Assembly: GCA_951406725.2 (NCBI GenBank)
Contig: OX597820.1
Location: forward strand, 55,366,001 to 55,430,000
DNA: 64,000 nt
Origin: Octopus vulgaris
Lineage: Eukaryota
Direction: 5' to 3'
The notes under the pieces are model-generated. The model did not search any database. It was not told where the DNA came from and saw only the letters and a list, made by a program, of their open reading frames with translations. Positions 1 through 11,573 of the stretch are shown piece after piece; position 1 is the first letter of the stretch; each line of letters opens with the position of its first letter. Made by a program: the position numbers and the translations under genes.

Positions 1-585
1 TGTTTTTCTAAAATGCACCGTAAGTGTTCAATAATATTGAGATCTGGGGACTGTGGTGGCCAGATAAGATGTTCAACCTCACTAGAATGTTCCTCATGCC
101 ATTCAGTAACAACTTTAGCTGTGTGAATTAGTGCATTATCATCCAGAAACAGTTCCACAACCATAGGATATATTTGATCAAATAAAATGCTTAAATAGTC
201 TTGACTATAATTCTGCCATGAAGGGAAACCATTGGGCTGGCAGACTGCCAAGATATAGCCTCCACCAGATCATCACAGATCCTCCTCCACGTTTGATGGT
301 TGGAAGAAGGCAGTCTGGATCAAATGCTTCTTTTCGATGTTTCCACATGCATACTCAGCCAGTAGTCGGAAATAAGGTAATGGATGACTAATCTGAGAAA
401 ATAACATTCTTCCACTGCTCTAGGGACCTATTCTGTAGGTTTTTACTTCCACTCTAAATACTTTGCAATATTTGTTATTGAAAGTAGTGGTTTTCTGATT
501 GCAGCCCTCCCATGAAATCTGGTTTTGTGCAGCTCCTGGGGAACAGTTTTTGACGAAACTGGGTTCTCGAGGTGGTCATTAGCAC
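1..585 (-). pseudogene. Tc1-family DDE transposase remnant
   Basis: Minus-strand translation gives QWKNVIFSD*S, GGGSVMIW and WPPQSPDLNIIEHL (Tc1 motifs) with stops and frameshifts; runs off the window start. Confidence 0.85.
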
Positions 586-609
586 TCCACTAGCATGGAC
601 AACAGTCAT

Positions 610-1283
610 CGAATTTGATTTCCATTTCTCTTGCCTCAACAGGTCTTCACAAGCAGAGTTTAGTGTCCAATGAAGGAAAGGTATGCATAAGTGGGCTGGT
701 TACACCCCTGGCATAGGCCACGGGGTTATGGTCTCATTTGGCTTGCTGGGTCTTCTCAAGCACAGCATATTTCCAAAAGACTTAGTCATTAGTCATTGCC
801 TTGGTGAGGCCTAATGTTCAAAGGTTGTGCTTCATCACTTCATCACAGGTCTTCCTGGGTCTACCTCTTCCACAAGTTCCCTCAACCGCTAGGGTGTGGA
901 ACTTTTTCACACAGCTATCCTCATCCATTCTTGCCACATGACCATACCTGCGCAGTCGTCTCTCTTGCACACCACATCTGATGCTTTTTAGGTCCAACTT
1001 TTCTCTCAAGGTACTTACATTCCGTCGAGTATGCACACTGACATTACACATCCATCGGATCATACTGGCTTCATTCCTTGTGAGCTTATGCATGTCCTCA
1101 GCAGTCACAGCCCATGTTTCACTGGCATGTAGCATGGCTGTTCATACACATGCATCATACAGTCTACCTTTTACTCTGAGCAAGATGCCCTTTGTCACCA
1201 GCAGAAGTAAGAGCTCTCTGAACTTTGCCCAGGCTATTCTTATTCTAGTAGCTATACTTTCAGTGCACCCTCCCCCGCTACTG
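610..1283 (-). mobile_element. RTE-clade LINE, 3' fragment (RT C-terminus and part of 3' UTR)
   Basis: ORFs 818-1135 and 1142-1366 ([25 protein letters not shown]) match the RTE copy at 11.6-13.1 kb. Confidence 0.9.
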
Positions 1284-1419
1284 ATGGGGTGGGAGGAAGA
1301 TGCCCTTAAACAGGTTAGTTGCTTACAACAGCATGGGCTCCTCCAATGGAGACACCTAATACCCAAGGTACTAGTGGTGTTAAACTGGCTGACAGATTAA
1401 GTCTACCACTCAAGTAGGT

Positions 1420-1912
1420 CACAGCAGGTTTTGAACTCGGAACTCAAATGTACCCTGAAAAAGGTACTCCATCAATGCTTTAATATTTCCACCAGTTCAC
1501 CACTTTAGAATGGTATTTTAGTTTATTGACACCCCACCTCCCCCACCAAAGGAGGAATGGTAAGGGTGACTTTATGGGGTTTGAACTAAAAGTACCCCGC
1601 AAAACCGTACCCCATCAATGCTCTAATATTTTCATCAGTTCACCACTCTAGAATGGTATTTTATTTTATTGACTCCTCCACTTGCCCCCACCCTACTCAA
1701 AGGACAAATGGCATGGTTGACCTCATGAAATTTGAACTCAGAACTAAAAGGTAACCCATCAATGCTTTAATATTTCAACCAGTCCACTCTAGAATTGATC
1801 TAGAAATAAGACATCACTCTAGAATGGCATCTTATTTTATTGTTGCCTCACTTCCCCCACCAAAGGACAAATGGTAGGGCTGACCTCATGAGATTTGAAC
1901 TCAGAATGCTAA
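1420..1912. repeat. Degenerate tandem repeat, ~135-165 bp units, probably SINE-derived
   Basis: ccatcaatgctttaatattt...cactctagaatgg..tttattga..ccccaccaaagga...tttgaactc recurs 3-4 times. Confidence 0.6.
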
Positions 1913-1930
1913 AAGTCAGAACAAAGAACA

Positions 1931-3253
1931 AATTCCAGCAAGCCAAATCCGGGCCAGCTAGCAATCCATGGCACGGCCAGCCAGCAAGCCAAATCTGGGC
2001 CAGCCAGGCAGCCTAGGCAAGTTTCCAAATAGCAAGCCAAGGCTGGGCCAGCTAAGCATCCAAAACAGGGCCAACCAGCCAGCCAGCCAGCCTAGGCCAG
2101 TTTCCAGCCAGCAAGACATGGCTGAGACTGGCTGGGCCTTGGCTGTCTAGCAGGGCCTTGGCTGCCTGGCTGGCCTGGCATACGATGGCTGGAAACAGGT
2201 GTACGATGGCTGGCTGGCCCTGTTTTGGATGCCTGGCTGGTCCGGCCTTGGCTTGCTGGCTGGAAACTGGCCTAGGCTGGATGTGCCATGGATGCCTGAC
2301 AGGCCCGGCCTTGGCTTGTTGGCTGGAAAGTGGCCTAGGCTGGCAGGCTGGCCGGTCCTTGGTTGCTTTGCTGGGCCGGCCTTGACCTACTTGCTGGAAA
2401 CTGGCCTAGGCTGTCTGGCTGGAAACGGGCTTAGGCTGGCTGGCTGGCTGGCTGGTCCGGCTTTGGCTTGCTGGCTGGCTTGGCCTTGGCTATCTGGCTG
2501 GCCCGGCCTTGGCTTAATGGCTGGAAATTGGGCTGGGTGGCTGGTTGGCCCTGTTTTGGATGCCTGGCTGAAAATTGGTTTAGGGTGGTTGGCTGGCAGG
2601 GCTTTGGTTACCTGGCTGGCCCGGATTTGGCTTGCTGGATGGAAACTTGCCTAGCCTTGCTGGCTGGAAACTGGCTGGCTGGCTGGCTGTGCCTTGGCTG
2701 CCTGGCAGGCTCGGCCTTGGTTTGCTGGCTGGAAATTGGCCTAGGGTGGCTGGAATTTCTTTGGCTGTATGGTTGTCCGGATTTGGCTTGCTGGCTGGAA
2801 ACTGGCCTAGGCTGGCTGACTGGCTGGGCATTGGCTTCCTGGCTGACCCGTCCTAGGTTTGCTGGCTGGAAATTGGCCTAGGCTGGCTGGCTGGCTGGCC
2901 GGGCCTTGGTTGCCTGGCTCGCCCGGCCTTGGCTTGCTGGCTAGCTGGCTGGGCCTTGTCTGCCTGGCTGGCCCGGCCCAGTCTTGCTGGCTGGAAACTG
3001 GCCTAGGCTGGCTGGCTGACCCTGTTTTGGATGCCTGGCTGGAAATTGGCCTAGGCTGGCTGGCTAGGCACCGCTTGGTTTCCTGTCTGGCTGAGGCTTG
3101 GCTGCCTGGCTGGCCCAGATTTGGCTTGTTGGCTGGAAACTGGCCTTGGCTGCCTGTCTGGCCCAGCCTAGGTTTGCTGGCTGGAAACTGGCCTAGGCTG
3201 GCTGACTGGCAGAGCCAGCCAGGCAACCAAGGCCAGCCAGCCTAGGCCAGTTT
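1931..3253. repeat. GC-rich (GGCT)/(AGCC) complex satellite with orientation switches
   Basis: Recurrent ggctggaaactggcctaggctggctgg / ggccttggcttgct modules; AGCC-sense 1931-~2120, GGCT-sense ~2120-3210, AGCC-sense 3211-3253. Confidence 0.85.
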
Positions 3254-3254
3254 A

Positions 3255-4356
3255 CCTCTACATAAGAGAAAATTGGATGCGATACCTGGATGACTGCTTT
3301 ATCATCTGGAAGGAGAACATCGACAAACTTTTGGATTTAAAAACAACACTAAATGACATAAATAGTAACATTCAATTCACAATGGAATATAACAAAGAAC
3401 AACTTCCATTTTTAGACATCATGATATAAAAATTTAACAATGAAATCATAACTGACATTTATTATAAACCAACTGATTCAAAACAATATCTTCTTTTTAA
3501 CTCATGCCACCCGAAACACATAAAATAAACATCCTTTTTAACTAAGCAAAAAGGATCTGCACAATAGTGTCTGATAGAACGCCCAAACTGTGGAACCTGC
3601 CCCAAAATGCTTGAAGGCTCGGATTTCCTTTTCAAACAAGGACAGAGGTTCGCAATTAAAACTAGTTTCACCTGTGCCTCTGAGAACCTAATTTATGTAA
3701 TAACCTGCTCGGGTTGCGGACATCAGTACATTGGACAAATGAGTATGACCTTGAGAAAGAGAATCACTCTACATAAGGAGCAAATCTGTTTCCCGCAATA
3801 CAGACAAATTCCTCTCAGTGAACACATAGAAAAATGTGCAGGTAACATCAAACCAAATTTCACAGTCTTCCCTTTCTACCAGTGCAAAGACGCAATCTCT
3901 CAACTAGAACGTTTAAATAAAGAAACTTTTTTCATTGAAAAATACAAAACACGTCTTAATATGCACGCATTACCATCTTTTATATTTTTACATATTCCAT
4001 TCACGATTACATCACTGTACATAAATCCCCTACTAAACAAGGTTTTTTAAAACCTGTCTCTGTTCTGTAGACATATTTAATCACCATCCATTACCGAAAG
4101 CTGAACAGTTATCTCCCTTACACACAACAATAACAATAACAACAACCAATTACCTCCCTTTATTTATCTTCTTGTGAAGTCATTCACTCGTGAATTTCAT
4201 CACACACAACATGGACCAAATTTCTTCTTAAGAAAAAATATATATTTTCAAATAAATAAAACATAATATCATGAATAGAGATAGCGAAACTGGTCGATAT
4301 ATTAAAAATTATATTAAAACTATGTAAGTGTGCGTATGTTCCTTTTTTAATTTCTT
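3255..4356 (+). mobile_element. Penelope-like element, 5'-truncated and decayed (RT end, GIY-YIG, pLTR)
   Basis: RYLDDCFIIW, LPFLDI, TDIYYKPTD and SCHPKH from 3258; deletion at ~3578; then CGTC and [18 protein letters not shown] (ORF 3607-4050); GAAACTGGTC ribozyme-like tail at ~4286. Confidence 0.9.
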
Positions 4357-4432
4357 ATATATATATTTATATATATACATATGTAGATATATATGTGTAT
4401 ATATATATTTATATATATATATGTGTGTATAT

Positions 4433-5050
4433 AATTAATAATAAAATATTAGGGAATAAATCCAAACTTACAGGGAAAAATCAGATTTAGGATTAAATCC
4501 AATTTTATAGTATAAATATATTATATTATATTATAATAAATTAGAGATAAAACCACTATTAGGCAAATCAAACAATGAAAAACATAAGCCAATACAAATT
4601 AATTTAATTTATATTTTAAATATATATCAAAAGTATTAAAAGTTTAATAAAGGATAAAGAGTAAAACACTACGATCGTTTCATGGCTGTACAATTTGAAT
4701 AACAATAATTTAAATTCAATTAATAATTCGAGTTATGGTTACAGTCAATCTTCAGGTTAATTGAAATATCTAAAAAATAATCAGAAATATTTAAACAATG
4801 TTTTTAAGATATAAATAATATAATAATTTTACTTATAATAAACTCTATTATCAAACTAGAAACATAACTTAACAATTATGATTATATCAAAATCGATTAT
4901 AATGTTAAATATTAATTTTAATTTATAAGGTAGGAAACCCACCAATAATCTAATATCGGTATTAATCTATATCTAATTACATAAATATTTAAGAATGACT
5001 ATTATATATAAATTATCAATGAAAATATATAAATGTATATAAATATTATG
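4433..5050 (-). mobile_element. AT-rich non-coding element containing an HHR motif (PLE pLTR/retrozyme-like)
   Basis: Terminal ~170 bp repeated at 29306-29470; HHR core at 4665-4760; abuts (TA)n. Confidence 0.55.
4665..4760 (-). ncRNA. Hammerhead ribozyme motif (type I, stem I degenerate)
   Basis: Minus strand: CTGAAGA-ttgactgta...tacagccat-GAAA-cgatcg-TA; palindromic stem III; weak stem I. Confidence 0.55.
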
Positions 5051-6963
5051 GAGATCCAGCTCCATTTTAAAGACATCTGTATCCACCCCATGCAGGTCTC
5101 TCAGGTTCATCGGGAGGATATTGAAGAGCTGTGGGCCTCGGAAGCCCAGGCTATCACAGAATCTTGTCCTACATCTTGATGGCAAGTTTGGAGTCCTAGG
5201 CACCACGCAGTGGCGCCCAGTTCTGGCGTTTGCGTAACTCTCGATGCCAAAGTTCAGGACACTTCCCTCCAGGATCTTCCAGATGCATATTATGGCATAT
5301 CTTTCCCGCCTACGCTCCAGGGAATATAATTTTAATCTCTTGAGTCTTTCCCAGTAGCTTACATTCTGCATAGAGGCTATCTTCTTCGTGTAGCTTCGTT
5401 GGATCGCCTCAAGTTCTGTGATCAACTTGACACTGGATGGTGACCATAGCTGAGAGCAATAGTCAAAGTGACTTAGGACAAGTGTCTTCCAGAGGACCAT
5501 CATGGTTTCTTGTTCTCTTGTTCTAAAGGTTCTAAGAATCCATCCAGCCAGCCGTCTGCATTTCATTGTCAGTTTAGCAACATGTACATGAAAGGTCGCG
5601 TCATCACTCATGTGAATACCCAGGTCACGCACTGATTGTGCCTCTGGGATTGCAATCCCTCCGGGTCCAGTGTATTCCTTAGGTATTGCATTCAGTTTTG
5701 CATGCTGATAGTATAAAGCTTGAAACTTTTCAGCATTGAACTGCATGCTGTTCTTTTCAGCCCACTTGTATATTTCGTCCAGCTCATATTGCAGGTGCCT
5801 AGTGTCTTCAGGGTTCTGTATTGCCTGTGAAACTTTTGTATCATCTGCATAACTTGTGATCGTGGCTCTCCGCGTGGCTGAGGGCATGTCTGAGAGGGCC
5901 ATTATGAACAGTAGTGGTCCCAAAACAGTGCCCTGTGGAACACCGCTCACTATTTGCATGCTAATGGAAGTGGCCCCATTGGCTACTACCACCTGACTTC
6001 TATTCTTCAGAAAGTCGTGAAGCCATTCTCCTAGTTTTCCAACTATGCCAAGATCACGCAGTTTGTGACATATCATTCCATGATCGACTTTATCGAAGGC
6101 CTTTGCGAAGTCGAGATATATGACTTCCACATTTGAGTGGTTGAGCAGTTGTTTCAGCACCCAGTCATAGTGCTGCAGGAGCTGAGTTAAGCAGCTTCTT
6201 CCTGGTCGGAAACCATGTTGGGTGTCAGGCAGCAAGTCATTTTCTTCAAGGAAGGTGATTAGTTTCCTTCTGACTATTCGTTCCATGACCTTGCTGATGT
6301 GTGAGGTGAGAGAGATAGGTCTGTAGTTCTTGGCCTCCGCTCTGCTACCTCCTTTATGAATAGGGCATATTTTACCTTCCTTCAGTTTTCTTGGAAGTTT
6401 GCCAGCTGCAAGGAAGCTCTGAAAGAGGAACTGCAGTGGTCTTGCTAAGACTCTCTTACATACTTTTAGGAGGATTGCCGGGAATCCATCGGGGCCAATA
6501 GCTGAGTCTATTTTCATTTCATCTATAGCCTTTATTACATCGTCTTCCTTTATATCGATGTAATTTAACGTCGCCGCCTCTGATTCTATATCTGCAGTGG
6601 TAAAAAAAAAAAGTCAGTTGGATTGCTGATTTGGAAATGCCCAAGGGGTGGAGTGAAAACACTCTTGAATTGTTCATTCAGTATTTCACTTACCCTCATT
6701 GGTTTTCCTGTGAGTGTGCCATCCTTTTCAAGGAGTGGCCCTATCCTACAGTGCACCGTAGCTGTTTCTTTGGCATACCTGTAGAAAGCTCTGGGGTTAG
6801 TTTTTATGTTGTCTATAGCCCAGGCTTCTTTGTCTGCTCTTTCCTTCTCATGGGAGAGTTGCAGACAATTTTCAATTTCCAACAGTTTTATTTTCAGGCG
6901 GGACTTTTCACTGCTTTCAATTTGTTTGTTTAGGCGATTTGAGATTTTTGTGCGCCGTCTCAT
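5050..6963 (-). mobile_element. CR1-group LINE ORF2 fragment (RT)
   Basis: ORF 4973-6517: [56 protein letters not shown]; upstream ORF 6586-6963; both ends truncated. Confidence 0.92.
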
Positions 6964-6971
6964 ATATATAT

Positions 6972-7029
<58 letters not shown>

Positions 7030-7114
7030 ATGTGTATATATATGTATATATGTGTATATATATGTATATATACATATTTATATATGTATATATATGTGGG
7101 TGTATATATGTATA

Positions 7115-7147
<33 letters not shown>

Positions 7148-7256
7148 GTTTATATATATATGTATGTATATATATATACATATATATATGTATATATATA
7201 TATACATATATATATGTATATATATACACATATATATATATATGTATATATATATA
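6962..7256. repeat. (TA)n/(TATG)n microsatellite
   Basis: Direct sequence. Confidence 0.95.
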
Positions 7257-7345
7257 GTTAATCCAAACAAGAAAACACAAAAAAACACAGCAACGCGAGT
7301 ACGTGGAACAAATAAAGTATTATTGGATGCTCAGGAAAGAAGAAG

Positions 7346-7384
<39 letters not shown>

Positions 7385-7503
7385 AACATATAAGGGACGG
7401 CCATAATAGGACATCCAACTCACTAGAAAGAGCAGCCAAACTCCAAACCACTAATAGTTGTAATTCTGAAATGGAAAGAGAAATAAAAACATTTACCCTT
7501 TCC

Positions 7504-7587
7504 CTTTCTGGACTATGCATAGTTTCAACAATCTTTAGTAAATAAATTAATTTATTTATCACTGGCGTTGTCTCATCAGCAGAAAAG
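7504..7587 (-). ncRNA. Hammerhead ribozyme, type I, intact core
   Basis: tttctg-CTGATGA-gacaa...ttgtt-GAAA-cta(tgca)tag-TC-cagaaa on the minus strand. Confidence 0.85.
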
Positions 7588-7821
7588 CCAAGGACCAACA
7601 TATATACACGAGGCGATGATAAACATGCCTCGCGTCTATATGCTATAAATTTTCAAAATCCATCACACTTGTGCGGTTTACTCAGCAGTAAATATAAATT
7701 AAATCGGCAGTTTATATTTACTGCTGAGTAAACTGTGCGAGTGTAGTGGATTTTGAAAATGTATAGCATATAGACGCGAGGCATGTTTATCATCGCCTCG
7801 TGTATATATGTTGGTCCTTGG

Positions 7822-7906
7822 CTTTTCTGCTGATGAGACAACGCCAGTGATAAATAAATTAATTTATTTACTAAAGATTGTCGAAACTATGCATAGTCCA
7901 GAAAGG
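7822..7906 (+). ncRNA. Hammerhead ribozyme, type I, intact core
   Basis: Stem I tttctg(7824-29)/cagaaa(7899-7904); CTGATGA 7830-36; stem II gacaa/ttgtc; GAAA 7883-86; stem III cta-tgca-tag; GUC cleavage after 7898. Confidence 0.9.
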
Positions 7907-8120
7907 GAAGGGGTAAACGTTTTTATTTCTCTTTCCATTTCAGAATTACAACTATTAGTGGTTTGGAGTTTGGCTGCTCTTTCTAGTGAGTCGGATGTCC
8001 TATTATGGCCGTCCCTTATATGTTTGAATGTATATATATAGTCTATTGACTATTTTTTCTTTCTCACTTGACCGCTGGTAGTGAGAATTTTTCTAGAATT
8101 TTTTGCTACCCTAAAATTTA

Positions 8121-8152
<32 letters not shown>

Positions 8153-8156
<4 letters not shown>

Positions 8157-8693
8157 TGTTCTATCAGTTTCCCTATACTAAATCCACTTACAGGGCTTTG
8201 GTTGGCCTGAGGTTTGTAGAAGATAGTTGCCTAAGGTGTCATGTAGTGAAAGGATGGTCATGGCTAGACTATATTTGTTTATAGATCTGGTCAGTGAACA
8301 GTGATTAAAGAAGTGAAGTAAATGAAACGTAGGAGTTACAAGTTTTTCCTCTCTTTTTTTGTTTTTCAGACAGTTGCATAAGTCATATTAAAAAATTGAA
8401 TCTCAAAGATAAAACGTAATTCATTTTGAGGTCAGCTGTGAGAGTGTAGTCATATTTTGGAGGAGGGAAATTTTGAAAGTGAAAAGAAACTTTATGTGAC
8501 GTAGGTAAAATAAAAACATTGTTGTAGAGTGAAATACCAAAGCCAAACTTTGGTTGGTTAACCATGTATGACTGGATAAATCCTGTTTGTAGGAGATTTC
8601 CGCTTAATTGAAGTTGTTGTTGCTTAGCCTTATGTGAGTCTTGATTGAGTGGATTGACAATTAAAGGCATCCAGCAGTGACAGTTTCATCTTT
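8153..8693 (+). repeat. Copy 1 of a ~540-bp segment duplicated at 38494-39034
   Basis: Collinear with scattered substitutions; ORFs 8383-8670 and 38724-39011 are near-identical. Confidence 0.9.
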
Positions 8694-9226
8694 GGGAGAC
8701 AACCAAGGCTGACAAAATAGGAACTTCCGGTACAGGTGGAGGGTGTGGGAGGGGTACTTCCGGTACACATACACACACACATATATATATACATATATAC
8801 TTATATATATATATACATATATACATATATATAAATATATACATATATATATTATATATATATACATATATATACATATATGTATATATAGATATATATA
8901 TATATGTTATATATATATACTTATATGTATATATAATATGTTATATATATATACATATATATACATATATGTATATATAGATATATATATATATTATATA
9001 TATACACATATGTATATATAGATATATATATATTATTATATATATACATATATATACATATATGTTTATATAGATATATATATATATATATATATATACA
9101 TATTATATGTATATATATATTTATATAATATAACATATATGTATATAAATATATTATATTTATATATACAATATGTATATAATATATATATATTATATAT
9201 ATATATATATACATATATGTATATAT

Positions 9227-9278
<52 letters not shown>

Positions 9279-9281
9279 GTA

Positions 9282-9390
<109 letters not shown>

Positions 9391-9405
9391 TGTATATATA
9401 TATAT

Positions 9406-9784
9406 CAGGCTATTCTTACTCTAGCCGTTACACTTTCAGCACACCCACCCCCACTACTGACTTGGTCACCAAGATAACGGAAGCTATCAACTACTTCTAG
9501 TTTTTTCCCCTGGAAAGTGACGGAAGTTGTTTTCTGCAGATTTTCAGAGGTTAATGCTCCCGAGCATCTGCCACATACAAAAACCATCTTCATAGTTAGC
9601 CTTCCTATGACATTGCTGCACCTCTTATGTGTCCATAGCTTACACTTGGTGCATCTTATAGAGTTTCTACCTACACCTTTTCTACAGATCAAGCAGGGCC
9701 ATCTACCTGAAGGCGTTTGTGATTTGTCTACCTTCCTACTTATTACGACTTTGGTTTTAGCTAGGTTGACTCTAAGGCCCTTCA
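9406..9784 (-). mobile_element. RTE LINE internal fragment (PHD finger region), bounded by TA on both sides
   Basis: ORF 9405-9785 [11 protein letters not shown]...CLIC...FRYLGD. Confidence 0.9.
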
Positions 9785-9786
9785 TG

Positions 9787-9829
<43 letters not shown>

Positions 9830-9850
9830 ATGTATGTATATATATGTATG

Positions 9851-9884
<34 letters not shown>

Positions 9885-9888
9885 TATG

Positions 9889-9922
<34 letters not shown>

Positions 9923-9924
9923 TG

Positions 9925-9958
<34 letters not shown>

Positions 9959-9962
9959 TATG

Positions 9963-9995
<33 letters not shown>

Positions 9996-10008
9996 GTATA
10001 TATATATG

Positions 10009-10042
<34 letters not shown>

Positions 10043-10044
10043 TG

Positions 10045-10075
<31 letters not shown>

Positions 10076-10092
10076 GTATATGTATATATATG

Positions 10093-10135
<43 letters not shown>

Positions 10136-10194
10136 TTGTATATGTATGTATATATATATTTTTATATGTATGTATATGTATATATATATATTAA

Positions 10195-10447
10195 GATAAA
10201 TAAATGTGCCCTTTTTAAATCCTAGCCAGGCTCATGGTCTCCCGGTTTTTATGGCGTATGTGTTCCCCAGCTGGACGGGACACCAGTCCACCACAGTGTT
10301 ACTCATTTTTGCCAGCTGAGTGGACTGGAGCAACATGAAATGAAGTGTTTTGCTCAAGAACACAACGCATCGCCCTGTCCAGGAATTGAAACCACAATCT
10401 TACGATCATGGTGCTGACACCCTAACCACTAAGCCACGCGCCTCCAC
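10195..10447 (-). mobile_element. tRNA-derived SINE
   Basis: Minus strand starts gtggaggcgcgTGGCTTAGTGG (A box)...GGTTTCAATTCC (B-box-like); related copy at 59530-59858. Confidence 0.8.
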
Positions 10448-11339
10448 ATATTTATATATATGTATATATATATATCTGAACCTGGAACCATGTGGTTCAT
10501 AAGCAGGCTACTTGCCACAAAGCCACTCCAACATATATATGTATGTATATATATGTATATATCTATATATGTATGTATATAAAATTATAATTTAGGGTAT
10601 CTAAGAGATACCACCATGCTGAAAATAACACATTAAATGTTAATACAGAGTGTATGAACAGTTAATGTTTCTTTTGAGTGTCTCCACCTGTGTGTGTATG
10701 TTTGTGTGTGATGTTTTCATTTGGGTGTCACTAGCTGTGTGTGTATGTGCATGTTTGCTTTGCCATGTTTTCTTTGTGTGTGTGTGTGTGTGTGTATGCT
10801 GAGCTGCACAAATACACATAGCAAAAAACATACACACAGTCTGCATGCACTCAAACACACACATACACTCACAAGAAAATATCACCAAACACACACAAAA
10901 GAAAACATTGTTCAAACACAGACACACACACATGCACGCACACATACATACAGGTGGAGGCACTCAAAAGAAAACATCAAAACCATAGGAAAATTCTTTC
11001 TTCAACAAGACATTCATCACAACATACACACCCAGCAATACACAGCTGATCACATTTAAAACATATTGAAAGGATATTCAAGACAATACACACACACACA
11101 CACAGGTGGACATAAAACCCATTCAATAAATTCTTTTAAGCCACTCCCTTGGCAGGAACTCACAAAGATTTCTATCAGACATTAGACAACTCTTTTTCTC
11201 TCTAACACCTTGAACTTAGCAAACTATATTTAAAGACATCAACAAAAACAAAAAAACAAAAAAACTCCAGACATGTTTTTGACCCCCCCCCCCATACAGA
11301 AGATAAACTTTTTACTTCAAATTTTTATAAAATTTTACT

Positions 11340-11382
11340 AATATTTGATAAGATGAAATTCGTCATCGAAACTGGTAATATT
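11340..11382 (+). ncRNA. Minimal hammerhead ribozyme, U3-A8 core variant
   Basis: aatat-TTGATAA-gatga(aattcg)tcatc-GAAA-ctgg-TA-atatt; stems I and II pair perfectly. Confidence 0.75.
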
Positions 11383-11486
11383 CTATATTTATTATTATAT
11401 AATTTTAAAATCATTTTATCAAATTCTTTCTAAACTGAAACATCTTAGATTTACTTTTGTGCTATTTCCACCTCCATCTTTTATAC

Positions 11487-11568
<82 letters not shown>

Positions 11569-11573
<5 letters not shown>

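Larger units (their letters stand above)
7383..8125 (+). mobile_element. Non-coding HHR element: monomer 7711-8125 preceded by an inverted partial copy 7383-7698 (palindrome)
   Basis: 7383-7698 is the near-perfect reverse complement of 7711-8026 with a 12-nt spacer; collinear homology with the 15818-16310 unit, including the terminal hairpin at ~8076-8110. Confidence 0.85.

Noticed and set aside
1968-3245. W/L/A/G-rich ORFs
   Set aside because: Products of the GGCT satellite, open in several frames.
4165-4296. HHR in the first PLE's 3' region
   Set aside because: GAAACTGGTC is present but the CUGANGA core is too decayed to call separately.
10195-10447. tRNA gene
   Set aside because: A/B boxes lead into a SINE body; no full cloverleaf.
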